From positions 672,001-736,000 of the forward strand of contig CBDAOI010000002.1 of NCBI GenBank assembly GCA_965198005.1: DNA of 64,000 nucleotides. The letters run 5' to 3'. How positions within the stretch are numbered: the first letter of the stretch is position 1; the number at the start of each line of letters is the position of its first letter. The notes beneath the pieces were generated by a model, which worked only from the letters and a program-made list of their open reading frames with translations, did no database searches and had not been told where the DNA came from. This stretch comes from Spirochaetia bacterium (GTDB taxonomy: Bacteria > Spirochaetota > Spirochaetia > SZUA-6 > Bin103). A program made the translations under genes and the position numbers. This document shows, one piece after another, positions 38,335 to 54,958 of the stretch.

Positions 38335-39983
38335 TTCGGTCGGTTCGCATTCGCGGCTTCAAGCGATTCCGGGAGGTGGAGTTCCGCCTGCCCGGACACG
38401 TCGTGCTCGCTGGCCCCAACAATACCGGCAAGACCACCCTCTTGCAGGCGATCGCGTCGTGGGCACTCGCGCTGCGACGCTGGCGTGAGCTAAACGACTT
38501 CAATCGCCGAAACGCATACCGGAAGGTGCCCATCGCCCGGCAGGCGTTTGCAGCGGTGCCGCTGGGCAGCTTCGACCTGTTGTGGACCGACCGTCGTTAC
38601 CGTGGGCAGATCGAGATCGAGTTGCGCCACGACGCGGGGTGGGCAGTGACGATGGAGTTCATCGCCGACAGCACCGAGCAGATCTACGTACGACCGGCCT
38701 GGAATTCCTCGGGCAACCTGCGAGAGATCGACCTGCAAGCGGTATTCGTGCCGCCGATGACCGGGCTTGGTACGGATGAACCGCTGTTGCAGTGGCCCAA
38801 GATCGAGCAACTTCTCGGCCTTGGACGTCCGGGGGAGGTGCTGCGCAACCTGCTCGCCGACGCAAACCGCGACCAGATGGCGTGGGAGGCTCTGCAGACA
38901 ACCATCGGCAAGCTGTTCGGGTATCGGCTGCTGCCTCCCGACACCAGCGCCGCACATATCCGGGCAGAGTACCAGACGACCGAGCAGGAGATGCCGCTCG
39001 ACGTGGCGAGCGCGGGCAGCGGCTTCCAACAGGTGTTGATGCTGCTGGCGTTTCTCCATACCCGGCAGGGCGCGGTCTTGCTGCTCGACGAACCGGATGC
39101 GCACCTGCACATGATCCTGCAAGATGCCATCTACCATGAGCTGAGAAGCACCGCCGCACGTAACCGTTCGCAGCTCATCGTCGCCACTCATTCCGAAGTA
39201 GTCATCAACTCGGTCGAGCCGCGTGAGCTTGTCGTCACGTTGAGCCAGCCGCGGTTGGTTGCCGACAACGACGTGCGTAGTCGCCTCATTTCTTCGTTGC
39301 GCGTGCTGAGCAACGCAGACGTTACACAGGCTCTGGACGTACGCGGGATCCTGTACGTCGAGGACTACACCGATATCAACATCCTGCGCGCGTGGGCGGA
39401 GACGCTGCAACACCGGGCGTTGGGGCTGCTGACGACGGAAGTGATGTGGAAGCCGATCGCGTTTCACACGCAGCAGGGGCGTCCGGGCCGGGGGATCACC
39501 GCACGGGAGCACTTCGCCGCGCTGCAACTGGTGCGCGCCGACCTGCCCGGACTGGAGCTGCTCGACGGCGACGCACACCAGGAGATTGAGGCCACTCCCA
39601 TCACCGGGAGCGGACTACAGCGTCTGCGCTGGCGGCGCTACGAGATCGAGAGCTACTTGCTTCATCCGGAAGCACTTGCGCGATTCGTTGCGGAACAGGT
39701 CGGGACGAGCGTCGCACGGCAGCACATCGATGACATGCTCACGTGGTGGCGAAGAGAACTACCGCCCGCGGTGGCGGAGGAACCACTCGCCGACCATCCG
39801 TTCCTGAATCGCACCAAGGCGCGCACCGAACTCCTGCCACCGCTGCTGGAAGCCGCCGAGATCTTCGGATTGCCGTACACCCGCTACCATGAAATCGCCG
39901 CGCTGATGCTCCCCGAAGAGGTCCACCCCGAAGTGAGCGAGAAGCTCGACGCGATCTGCCGAGCGTTCGGAGTGCAGCCGTGA
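38331..39983 (+). CDS. ABC-type ATPase with C-terminal TOPRIM-like domain (OLD/GajA-like)
   Basis: IRGFKRF, GPNNTGKTT, AGSGFQQ, LLDEPDAHLH, ATHS; YVEDYTD, LLDGD, RYEIESYL. ATGA and GTGA overlaps with both neighbours. Confidence 0.8.
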   Translation: MIRSVRIRGFKRFREVEFRLPGHVVLAGPNNTGKTTLLQAIASWALALRRWRELNDFNRRNAYRKVPIARQAFAAVPLGSFDLLWTDRRYRGQIEIELRHDAGWAVTMEFIADSTEQIYVRPAWNSSGNLREIDLQAVFVPPMTGLGTDEPLLQWPKIEQLLGLGRPGEVLRNLLADANRDQMAWEALQTTIGKLFGYRLLPPDTSAAHIRAEYQTTEQEMPLDVASAGSGFQQVLMLLAFLHTRQGAVLLLDEPDAHLHMILQDAIYHELRSTAARNRSQLIVATHSEVVINSVEPRELVVTLSQPRLVADNDVRSRLISSLRVLSNADVTQALDVRGILYVEDYTDINILRAWAETLQHRALGLLTTEVMWKPIAFHTQQGRPGRGITAREHFAALQLVRADLPGLELLDGDAHQEIEATPITGSGLQRLRWRRYEIESYLLHPEALARFVAEQVGTSVARQHIDDMLTWWRRELPPAVAEEPLADHPFLNRTKARTELLPPLLEAAEIFGLPYTRYHEIAALMLPEEVHPEVSEKLDAICRAFGVQP

Positions 39984-42900
39984 ACGTGCACGAAGTTCCG
40001 GAGCCGATCCTCAACTCGCCATTCGTGGAACCGAGGGAGTACTGGCGGATCACGGAGCACGAGCCACCTCAGCGGGTGCCCGGCCGCCGTCCGGCCATGT
40101 ACTTCTACCGTCCGCCCGGGCACGAGTCGTCCTCTGAGCAGCAGGGAATCGGAACGGCCATCGGACTCAAGCTGGTCAACCGGATCCGTACCCAGCTTGC
40201 CGAATGGCGGCCGCTGGCGCTGCGCGGCGAGGGCGGCGTGACCCGTACCACCATGGAGTTGCTGCGCTACTGGCGGCGCGAAGGGCGCAAACACCGCCTG
40301 TTCTTCGCCCAGCTTGAAGCCGCCGAAACCGTGATCTTCCTGACCGAGGCACGCCCGGACCTCCTGCAGGGGATCGAGGTCCCGCTCGACGAACCGGGTT
40401 CGGAGGCGCAGGCGAAGGGTCTCCGTGCCTTCCGGCGCTACGCCTGCAAGATGGCAACCGGTACCGGCAAGACCACCGTCATGGGCATGCTTGCCGCGTG
40501 GAGCATCCTCAACAAGGTCGTTGCCCGTGGGGATCGCCGCTATTCGGATACCGTGTTGGTCGTGTGTCCGAACGTTACGATTCGCAATCGGCTGGAAGAA
40601 CTCAAGCCGCAGGGCGGCGAGGCCAGCTTGTACCGCACACGCGATCTGGTACCGCCGCATCTCATGTCTTCCCTGGCGCAGGGCAGCGTGCTGGTGATGA
40701 ACTGGCACGTGTTCGAGCCGAAGAGTGCGCACGCCGACGGCCAGTCCGCCCGGGTGATCCGCGCCGGCCAGGAGATTCGGACGCGCGAGACGATCCGCAT
40801 TGGCGCAAGATCGGCCACCATGCGCGGGTCGCGCTATCTGACGCTGGATGATCTGAAACGGCAGGTGGAACTTGGAATGATTACGGTCCTTGGCGAACAA
40901 CACGAGCGGCAAGGGGCCCTCAAGTCGGTCACCGTAGAGTCGGTTCGATACGTGGAGAGCGATAGCAAACTGGTTGAACGTGTGCTCGCACGCGAAGTGG
41001 GAGGCAAGGGGAACATCCTCCTGATGAATGACGAAGCGCATCACGCCTACCGGATTCGGCACGCGGAGCCGGACGAGGGCGAGGAGGATCTGTTCGGTGA
41101 TTCCGAACAGAGCGAGGAGTTCTTTCGCGAATCGACGGTCTGGGTCGACGGTCTGGATCGCATCCACAAACTGCGCGGCATCAACCTTTGCATCGACCTG
41201 TCCGCGACCCCCTACTACCTTGGGCGGGTTGGACAGGATGCGAACCGGCCGTTCCCCTGGGTGGTGAGTGATTTCGGACTGGTGGACGCTATCGAGTCAG
41301 GGCTGGTGAAGATACCGCAGCTCGCGGTGCGTGACACCAGCGGCGCCGCAATCCCCGGCTACTTCAATATCTGGCGGTGGATTCTGCCCCGGCTCACCCC
41401 CGCCGAACGCGGCGGCCGTCGGGGCAGCGCGAAGCCGGAAGCGATCCTCAAGCATGCGCACGTTCCGATCGCGATGCTCGGCGGGCTGTGGGAGCTGCTT
41501 CGCCGCGAGTGGGGACGTCGCCACGAGTCGGACCGACCGCCGGTGTTCATCATCGTGTGCAAGAACACCGCGCTCGCCAAGGTCATCCATCGCTGGCTGG
41601 GCCATGACGAGGCGCCGGTCGGGATTCCGCCGGCACGTCTTGATGGACTGCGCAACACCGATGGAGACAACTATACGATTCGCGTGGACTCCAAGGTCGT
41701 GCAGGAGTCGGACGGCGGCGAGGCCCGGTCCGACGCGGACCGTTGGATGCGCTTGACGCTCGATACCATCGGCAAGACGGCATGGCCACAAGACGCTCAG
41801 GCGCGCCCCCTCTATCCCGAGGGCTTCGAGGCCCTTGCCGACAAGCTTGGCAAGCCCCTGCATCCACCGGGCCGCGACGTGCGTTGCATCGTCAGCGTCG
41901 GCATGCTCACCGAAGGGTGGGACTGCAACACGGTCACCCATATCATCGGTCTGCGGCCGTTCATGTCGCAATTGCTGTGCGAGCAGGTGGTGGGCAGGGG
42001 GTTGCGCCGGTTGAGCTATGCAGTCGAGCAAGACGGCAGACTCGGCGAGGAGGTGGCCAAGATCTTCGGCGTGCCGTTCGAGGTCATCCCACTGAAGACC
42101 AACCCTCCCGGCGTGCCGAAGCCACCGCCGCAGACATGGCGCATCCGCGCCCTGCCGGAGCGCGCCGATCTCGAGATCCGGTTCCCTCGGGTCGAGGGCT
42201 ACACGGCTCGAATCCGCAATCGAATCCGCGTCGACTGGGACAGCATCGCGCCGCTGACACTCGATCCTCTCCACATTCCGCCCGAGGTCGAGATGAAGGC
42301 AGGCCTGCCGAGCAACACGGGGCGACCGTCCTTGATCGGCCCTGGGCGGCTCGAGCAGGTCGATCTCAACCCGTACCGTAGAGGTCGGCGCCGGCAGCGG
42401 CTGGTCTTCGAAATGGCACGCGATCTCACCCGCAGCTATCGTGAGTCGCCCGACTGTGCAGCCCCGGCCCACGTGCTGTTCCCTCAACTGGTGACCGCGG
42501 TGCAGCGCTACCTCGACCAGAAAGTGCGTCCTATCGCACCGGCGAAAGAGGTCGATGCGTTCCTCTCACCCTGGTATGGGTGGCTCCTGGAACGGCTCCT
42601 GGAGGCGATCCATCCGGAGGCAGACGGCAACGACAAGTCCGAGTCACCGCGCTACGAAACCAACCGCGGACCTGGATCCACGGAAGAGGTGGACTTCGAG
42701 ACCCGACGCGAGCCCTACCCGGTGACCAAGAGTCACGTCAACGCCGTGGTGCCCGACACCGCCAAGTGGGAGCAATCGGCGGCCTACCAGATAGATCGCA
42801 ACAACCATGTGAGGTCATTCGTCAAGAATGCGGGCCTCGGGTTTGCCATCCCCTATCTGCACAACGGCGAACATCACGAATATATTCCCGACTTCATTAT

Positions 42901-43108
42901 CCAACTGAACGGCACCGACCCGCGCTACCTTATCCTGGAGACGAAAGGATACGATCCCTTGCGCGACGTGAAGGAACAAGCGGCCCAGCGCTGGATTCGA
43001 GCAGTGAATGACACAGGCAGCTTCGGCCACTGGGCATACACGATGGTCACCGATGTATACAGGGTTAGCGAAACGGTGTCACGAGCGGCCGCAATGGGAG
43101 CCACATAG
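39980..43108 (+). CDS. res: type III restriction endonuclease Res subunit
   Basis: KMATGTGKT, NDEAHH, LSATP, MLTEGWD, QVVGRGLR, and PD-(D/E)XK YIPDF...LETKG; intact 1042 aa. Confidence 0.9.
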   Translation: MNVHEVPEPILNSPFVEPREYWRITEHEPPQRVPGRRPAMYFYRPPGHESSSEQQGIGTAIGLKLVNRIRTQLAEWRPLALRGEGGVTRTTMELLRYWRREGRKHRLFFAQLEAAETVIFLTEARPDLLQGIEVPLDEPGSEAQAKGLRAFRRYACKMATGTGKTTVMGMLAAWSILNKVVARGDRRYSDTVLVVCPNVTIRNRLEELKPQGGEASLYRTRDLVPPHLMSSLAQGSVLVMNWHVFEPKSAHADGQSARVIRAGQEIRTRETIRIGARSATMRGSRYLTLDDLKRQVELGMITVLGEQHERQGALKSVTVESVRYVESDSKLVERVLAREVGGKGNILLMNDEAHHAYRIRHAEPDEGEEDLFGDSEQSEEFFRESTVWVDGLDRIHKLRGINLCIDLSATPYYLGRVGQDANRPFPWVVSDFGLVDAIESGLVKIPQLAVRDTSGAAIPGYFNIWRWILPRLTPAERGGRRGSAKPEAILKHAHVPIAMLGGLWELLRREWGRRHESDRPPVFIIVCKNTALAKVIHRWLGHDEAPVGIPPARLDGLRNTDGDNYTIRVDSKVVQESDGGEARSDADRWMRLTLDTIGKTAWPQDAQARPLYPEGFEALADKLGKPLHPPGRDVRCIVSVGMLTEGWDCNTVTHIIGLRPFMSQLLCEQVVGRGLRRLSYAVEQDGRLGEEVAKIFGVPFEVIPLKTNPPGVPKPPPQTWRIRALPERADLEIRFPRVEGYTARIRNRIRVDWDSIAPLTLDPLHIPPEVEMKAGLPSNTGRPSLIGPGRLEQVDLNPYRRGRRRQRLVFEMARDLTRSYRESPDCAAPAHVLFPQLVTAVQRYLDQKVRPIAPAKEVDAFLSPWYGWLLERLLEAIHPEADGNDKSESPRYETNRGPGSTEEVDFETRREPYPVTKSHVNAVVPDTAKWEQSAAYQIDRNNHVRSFVKNAGLGFAIPYLHNGEHHEYIPDFIIQLNGTDPRYLILETKGYDPLRDVKEQAAQRWIRAVNDTGSFGHWAYTMVTDVYRVSETVSRAAAMGAT

Positions 43109-43282
43109 TGAAGATCACCATCGTCGCCCCACGGCGCCAGTGATTGGTGCAAGTCCCAGGGTAAGAATGTATCCGGATCACTTGCCGTAATCTATAGCAA
43201 GGATTCCGCTGGTCACGGACAACCGTGCTGTATTAAACTGTCCAACGAGGATCCCCTACATATCTTCGATAGCAGCAATCTG

Positions 43283-43670
43283 GAGATCATTCAGATGTTT
43301 CCCGACGACGAGACCGCTGAGCGCTGGTTCGTCGAAGGCCGCTGGCCCGCCGGCGTCCGCTGCGCTCACTGCAAGCGGGACAACGTGGCTCGGAACGGCA
43401 ACCAACCTCAAGGGCACGTCCAGCATGCACCTCCACCGAGACCTTGGGGTGACTCAGAAATCAGCCTGGCACCTGGCCCACCGTATCCGCACCACCTGGG
43501 CGCGCGGCTCCGGGTTGTTCGACGGCCCGGTCGAGCTGGACGAGGCTTATGTCGGGGGCAAGGAAAAGAACAAGCACGCCGATAAGAAGTTCCGGGCTGG
43601 GCGCGGCACTGTCGCATGCCTAACCGCACGATGGTGCGACACTCGGTCGGAGAGTACGTCAACGAGCCCA
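43283..43670 (+). mobile_element. IS1595-family transposase remnant
   Basis: MFPDDETAERWF...RWP..VRCAHC; SSMHLHRDLGVTQKSAWHLAHRIR; VELDEAYVGGK; VRHSVGEYV, joined by deletions. Confidence 0.85.
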
Positions 43671-43811
43671 GACCCACGGAATGCTGCGCGTCGAATATAA
43701 CACGGCGCGACCACGGCCGATAACCTGTATGTGCGGCATGGCGGCGCGGCGGCTAATGCGTTACTCTTGGACCAATTAGGGGTGCGCGGGCGCGCGCCCC
43801 AAAAGCGGTTG

Positions 43812-43841
43812 ACAATCATGCGCGGCGCCGCGCATGATTGT
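43812..43841. promoter_or_regulatory. perfect 30-bp palindrome overlapping a TTGACA promoter
   Basis: ACAATCATGCGCGGC/GCCGCGCATGATTGT; TTGACA at 43809; AGGAGG RBS before 43876. Confidence 0.6.
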
Positions 43842-43875
43842 GCCAGCGGGGCGGATTCCCCGGTAGGAGGGGGCT

Positions 43876-44124
43876 ATGATTGACTCTGAACGGGACAAGC
43901 TGCTACAGCGGCTGGACGAGCGGACCGAGCGGCTGGACAAGCGGCTGGGCAACGTCGAAGCGGGGCAAGCGGAGCTGCTGCGCGACCTTAAGTACCTTAA
44001 GGGGGCGGTCGATCAGATCGACAACAACCTGCTCCACTTGCGGCGCAGGCTGGGGGACGATGGCTTACTGTCACCCGAGCGAGCCGACGACGACACCGAG
44101 CCGATGGCGGCGGCGGCCCGATGA
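43876..44124 (+). CDS. small coiled-coil hypothetical protein
   Basis: Strong RBS; heptad pattern LLQRLDERTERLDKRLGNVEAGQAELL. Confidence 0.6.
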   Translation: MIDSERDKLLQRLDERTERLDKRLGNVEAGQAELLRDLKYLKGAVDQIDNNLLHLRRRLGDDGLLSPERADDDTEPMAAAAR

Positions 44125-44343
44125 GCGACGTCGACGGCGATGTCCAGTAGTGGCGGCAGCCATCTTCGCGGTTTTCCGGGCACTACCTCGGCGCCGGTGG
44201 CGCGCATCGTTTGCCGCAATGCCGACGTTCCGGCACTGCGCGTGAAGTGACCGATTCCATGCCCCACAACGGGCACCAACGCGCGTGCGGCGCGGAGTCC
44301 GATACGTCGACCGAGCCGTTACTATTGAAACTGTTAGGGCGGG

Positions 44344-44600
44344 CTAACGCTCGTCACTTGGCTCGTAGATCTTGAGCTTGAACTGCCAGCCTTCGAGGCT
44401 GGTGAGCAGGCGACCGAACTCTTCCCAGGTCACGGCCTTGCCGTCTATCGCGAGCAGCGGCACTTCACCGTCCATGTTCTCGTCCCACTCGATCCTGCCG
44501 TGCACCATCAGTTCGTCGCAGATGTGACGCCAACCCTGCTTGTCGACGACGATATGCTCTCGGGCGAGCGCTCGCCTGATCTTCCCTCCTCGCTTCGATA
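44344..44600 (-). pseudogene. C-terminal fragment of a conserved hypothetical protein
   Basis: GRIEWDE...PLLAIDGKAVTWEEFGRLLTSLEGWQFKLKI; no start codon, abuts the gltD stop. Confidence 0.45.
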
Positions 44601-44615
44601 CTTGCAGTTGCGGGG

Positions 44616-46076
<1,461 letters not shown>

Positions 46077-46093
46077 GTTCGCTCGCGGCGCGG

Positions 46094-50788
<4,695 letters not shown>

Positions 50789-50953
50789 GTAATACTCGGC
50801 GCCTACTCGGCGCTGCCCACCTCGCCCGGCACCGCGGCGAGCATGGCCAGCTACGTTGCCGGATCGTGGTTCAGGTCATGGACGATACAGATCCTGGAAG
50901 ATACATATCGCAGATCGCCTACGATAAGCGAAACCGGGGGCGTGCGTCAATCC

Positions 50954-51750
50954 TCATTCGTAGCGAATCCGCGGGTCCAGCGACGCGTACAGCAGATCGG
51001 TCAGCAGGTTGACGAACACCACCACCGTGGCGAAGAACAGGTTCACCGCCGACACCACCGGGTAGTCGCGGTCGTTGAGCGCATCCAGCATCAGCCGCCC
51101 CAGCCCCGGCAGGTTGAAGATGTTCTCGATGATCACCGCGCCGCCCACCAGGATCGGGAGCTGCATGCCCACCAGCGTCACCACCGGGATGATGGCGTTC
51201 TTGACCGCGTGGCGCAGGATCACCGACCGCTCCAGCAGCCCCTTGGCCCAGGCGGTCCTGATGTAGTCCTGGCGCAGCACCTCCAGCATCATGGTGCGCG
51301 TCATGCGCATGGTGCTGGCCGCCAGGTAGGTGCCGAGGATCATCACCATCGTTCCCAGCCAGAAGTTGGGCGTCGCCAGCCCCATGATGGCCACCGACCG
51401 TCCCACGTAGTCGGCGGCGGTGTACTGGCGCACCGCCGAGTAGATGCCCACCGGCAGCGCGATGACCAGGCCGATGAGGATGGCCAGCAGCCCGAGCTCG
51501 GCGGTGACCGGCAGTCGTCCCAGCATGCGCTGCTTGATCCGCCAACCGCCCAGCAGCGACTCGCCCAGGGTGCCGCGCAGGAGGATGCCGCCGATCCACC
51601 GGCCGTACTGCACGTGGACGGGCACGTCCAAGCCCAGCATATGCTCCAGCGCCTCACGGTCCATCTTGCCGGCCATCCCGTCAACCCTCAGCGCCATAAC
51701 GCCTATTACATCGCCGGGGAGGAAGCGGACGGAGAGAAAGACTATGATCG
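50954..51750 (-). pseudogene. peptide ABC permease (DppB-like), 5'-truncated and internally deleted
   Basis: Paralog of 59556-60512 that lacks the N-terminus and the YPAIW...PSL segment (reads MVMI-LGT). Confidence 0.8.
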
Positions 51751-51778
51751 ACTCTCGCACGTCGGCTCGCGCGGTGTA

Positions 51779-51822
51779 GGGAGCTGGGAGGAGCGCTTGC
51801 GGGCGACAGCCTCCCAGCTCCC
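51779..51822. terminator. intergenic hairpin after the solute-binding gene
   Basis: GGGAGCTGGGAGG...CCTCCCAGCTCCC; a related hairpin lies at 59505-59532. Confidence 0.6.
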
Positions 51823-51855
51823 TTTTCCCTGAGCTAAGCCACAAGGGTTGAAACC

Positions 51856-53706
51856 CTAATAACCCATTGCTTCCTTCAGCCCTTGGTCAATCCAGAGGCG
51901 GGCGAGGACGTCACGCTCGCCAAATTCGTGCAGCCTCATTTCACCGCTAAAACCTTTGACCCACGGCTGGTTCGGCATAAAGAGTGGAGACATAGGACCC
52001 CATATCTGATTGTGCTGCCTTATAATGAGCAGATCCCACTCTTTGAATGCCCTCAGCTGCTCCTCATGGGTGGTAGCGGCGTAAAAGGCATCGTAGGCGG
52101 CGGTCAGCTCGGGGGTCTCGACTCCGCCCACGTTGTCGCGCCATAACTGCAGCGTCTGGCGATAATTGGCTACCCAAACGTCAGGGTCATTATACATGCC
52201 CCCGTCGCCATCGCTCATGTCCCAACGAAGTAGGTCTTCTTGGGGGACATCCTCGGTACGCTCGCCCACACCCCTGCGCTCGAACGCCCAACCTTGCGTG
52301 TCATATATCTCAATCTTTACCTCAACGCCAAGCGCCTCCCAGTAGCCGACTGCTATTTCTCGATAGCCCAAATCATAGACGTCGCGGTGGTCGAGCTCGA
52401 CCTTGAATCGAACGCCGTCCGCGCCGCGCTGATATCCAGCCTCATCGAGCAGCTTCTCGGCACCTTCCGGGTCATAAGTAAAGTATTGCTTGAGATCTTC
52501 GGGATAGTCTTCAAACGTGGTGCCATACGGCTTGCTGGCAATCCCCCCCATAGGTTCCCACCTTGCAAGCCCGCCATAGTAGGTATCGTTAATCGTCTCG
52601 AGGTCCAGTGCCATCTGCATGGCGTGGCGCACCCTGATGTCGTCAAAGGGTGGCTTGCGAATGTTCACACTAAAGGTGGCGTCGGACCGCAGGAAATTGC
52701 TGCTCACCTGGATATCGGGGTTGGTACGCTGGAGGCTCCTTACCACGTCGAGGTTCCTTATGTGAGTGCCCTGGCTATTGATTATGTCAACCTTGCCCGT
52801 GCGTAGTGCCGAGATACGTGTTGCTTCTTCTTCTATATGCAGGGCCCTCATCTCGTCAATATAGGGGAGGCGGTTCTCCGGGTATTTTTCGTCGTAGCGC
52901 CAGTAGTCAGGATTCTTTTCCCAGCTGATAGAGACGCCCTCAACATAGTCAGTCAGTATAAGGGGCCCGGTGCCGACCACGTTCTTCCAATCCTCATAGT
53001 TGCCGTATTTCTCGATTACCTCGGGGGGTAATATCCACTGCATAGCGTCGATGAGGATAGTCCTTAGCGCAATGAGGGATGGCTCCGTCATCTTCATGAC
53101 AACCGTATATTTGTCGGTGGCCTCGATCGATTCCCACGGCAGGTCGAACGCCTTGGAAGCGATCTGGGGACGTTCGGTAAAGTCGCCCTGAGCGTTATTG
53201 CGTTGCCAGTTATATGCGACATCATCGGCTGTGAGTTCCCGCCCGTTTACTAAGCGACTGGCCTCGCTGTCCGGATCAAGGGCGTAGTGTACTCCCGAGC
53301 GGATGTGGAAGATGTACGTCAGTGGGTCAGGCGTTTCCCAGCTTTCCGCCAGGCTCCCAGTTATGGCAAAATCAGGGGCGTAAGAGTCTCTAAAGTCATA
53401 TACCTCCCTATCTGTTCCCCAGTCCCCCCAGGCGAGACGCTCATTAACCGAGGCGATGTGGTAGCCCGCATTGACCCAGCTTTTCAGCGGGTCAGTAGTC
53501 TCCGCATCAAATACATAGGGATAGGTTATTGTGCCGCCATACACTGGCGCGGTTACCGCCTTTCCGGTGGTGGGGTCCATCACCATTTCCTTCTCCATCG
53601 CCGCGGCCGGCTCCTCTTCCCCGGCCGGGCTCGCCCAGAGGCCGGTTGCGGTCAGGACGAGACCGAACAGTACCGCCAGGCACGTTCGAAACATTACGTA
53701 ATGCAT
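51856..53706 (-). CDS. ABC solute-binding protein family 5 (peptide/nickel)
   Basis: ATG 53706 with GGAG RBS; signal peptide, LAESWE, VGTGP, PFDDIRVRHAM, YDPEGAEKLLDEAGY. Confidence 0.92.
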   Translation of the reverse strand: MHYVMFRTCLAVLFGLVLTATGLWASPAGEEEPAAAMEKEMVMDPTTGKAVTAPVYGGTITYPYVFDAETTDPLKSWVNAGYHIASVNERLAWGDWGTDREVYDFRDSYAPDFAITGSLAESWETPDPLTYIFHIRSGVHYALDPDSEASRLVNGRELTADDVAYNWQRNNAQGDFTERPQIASKAFDLPWESIEATDKYTVVMKMTEPSLIALRTILIDAMQWILPPEVIEKYGNYEDWKNVVGTGPLILTDYVEGVSISWEKNPDYWRYDEKYPENRLPYIDEMRALHIEEEATRISALRTGKVDIINSQGTHIRNLDVVRSLQRTNPDIQVSSNFLRSDATFSVNIRKPPFDDIRVRHAMQMALDLETINDTYYGGLARWEPMGGIASKPYGTTFEDYPEDLKQYFTYDPEGAEKLLDEAGYQRGADGVRFKVELDHRDVYDLGYREIAVGYWEALGVEVKIEIYDTQGWAFERRGVGERTEDVPQEDLLRWDMSDGDGGMYNDPDVWVANYRQTLQLWRDNVGGVETPELTAAYDAFYAATTHEEQLRAFKEWDLLIIRQHNQIWGPMSPLFMPNQPWVKGFSGEMRLHEFGERDVLARLWIDQGLKEAMGY

Positions 53707-54400
53707 TCGATAACTCCTATCGTTTGAGAGTACGAAGTTCACTGCCGGTCCCTCGCCTACTCTCGACGTATGCCTGCAATCGCAGGCGGTCAGAAAGCGA
53801 GGGCGACACCCTGGCGCGTCCCGGCGCGGCGGCTCGCCGCTTGGGCTCGATGCGCCATACCTGGCTGTCGTAGTCGTGTCTTGGTCGTGTCTTAGTCGTA
53901 TCCGGTCTTGGGCTGCATCCCTTCCTCCTTTTTGTCGATTTGGACGCACCGACCGCGCGACCGCGCGGCGGGCGCCGCGACCTGGGTCATTTGGCGCCAC
54001 GTGCAGCGCCGCTACCCGGGTACCCGGGTGGGCGGCGCAGCGGTGCCGAAGGCGCAGGTAGGGCCCAGTGAATGCCGCTGCGGGATCAGTCCGAGCGGTT
54101 AGTGATTCTTGATCGTCAGGTGTATGACAGAGTCCCGCGCCCGCCCGTGGGGGGGGGGACCATAAGCGCTAACTTGTTGTGGGCGCTACAGGGACCGTCC
54201 ATGGCTCTACGGTGCGACTGGCAGTAGCACGGACTGTAGCCGGACCCGTGACTCGGGTCAACCAGCCAGATCGAAGTAAGCTGACAACTGAGACAGCCGG
54301 CGCCGTGGCGGCTCCCCGCATCAGGTGATTGACGGCACGTGGCAACGAGCGTTATATTAGCATGCAATAAGCATCGAAAACCAATCCTGAGAGGCGTGCA

Positions 54401-54523
54401 GTGGACATCACAAAGGATATTCGACCGCTCACCGAGTTCAAGCGGGATACGGCGCGCTTCGACGGACGCGGTGTTCCTGCGTCGGCCTTTTTCGAGGAGT
54501 TTGCCACCCACACCGCCGAGTAG
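54401..54523 (+). CDS. Phd/YefM-type antitoxin, shortened to 40 aa (probable internal deletion)
   Basis: Manual translation MDITKDIRPLTEFKRDTARF-DGRGVPASAFFEEFATHTAE*; overlaps the toxin start. Confidence 0.6.
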   Translation: MDITKDIRPLTEFKRDTARFDGRGVPASAFFEEFATHTAE

Positions 54524-54834
54524 TGGTGAAGCGCTTCAGCGTCATCATCACCCCGTTCGCTGCCGCCAACATTCGTGAGGCGCACGAGTGGTTGTCGGCG
54601 AGGAACCCTGCCTACGCGAAGCGGTGGCTCACGGCGATTCGAGACCGGATCCAGGGCCTCGACACGCTGCCGGAAGCCCACCCCGTGGCTCCGGAAAGCG
54701 CTGCCTTCGACGATGAGATTCGCCAAGTGCTGGTAGGGCGGGGTACGCCCTGGAAGGTGTTCTTCACGGTCCGGGGACTAACGGTCCACGTGCTTCACGT
54801 CCGGCACGGTGCTCGCGACGCTTGGCGTCCCTGA
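54523..54834 (+). CDS. RelE/ParE-family toxin
   Basis: FSVIITPFA...IQGLDTLPE..PVAPES...IRQ...KVFFTV....VHVLHVRHGAR. Confidence 0.85.
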   Translation: MVKRFSVIITPFAAANIREAHEWLSARNPAYAKRWLTAIRDRIQGLDTLPEAHPVAPESAAFDDEIRQVLVGRGTPWKVFFTVRGLTVHVLHVRHGARDAWRP

Positions 54835-54958
54835 GAGTCGGTCTCCGTGCGGTGGGTGCGGTGCTGTCGTCAGGCACGTCATGCATCGAGACCCGCCGAG
54901 ACGACGGTCCAGTTGGGACTGGTTGCCATGTCCCATGGCTGCTATCATGATAATCGCC

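Noticed and set aside
37365-39983. 872-aa Mod-ATPase fusion
   Set aside because: It is a product of frameshifts in the mod pseudogene; the ATPase has its own ATG at 38331 overlapping the mod stop.
51856-54000. 714-aa SBP with a long N-terminal extension
   Set aside because: The signal peptide and RBS indicate a start at 53706, matching the paralog.
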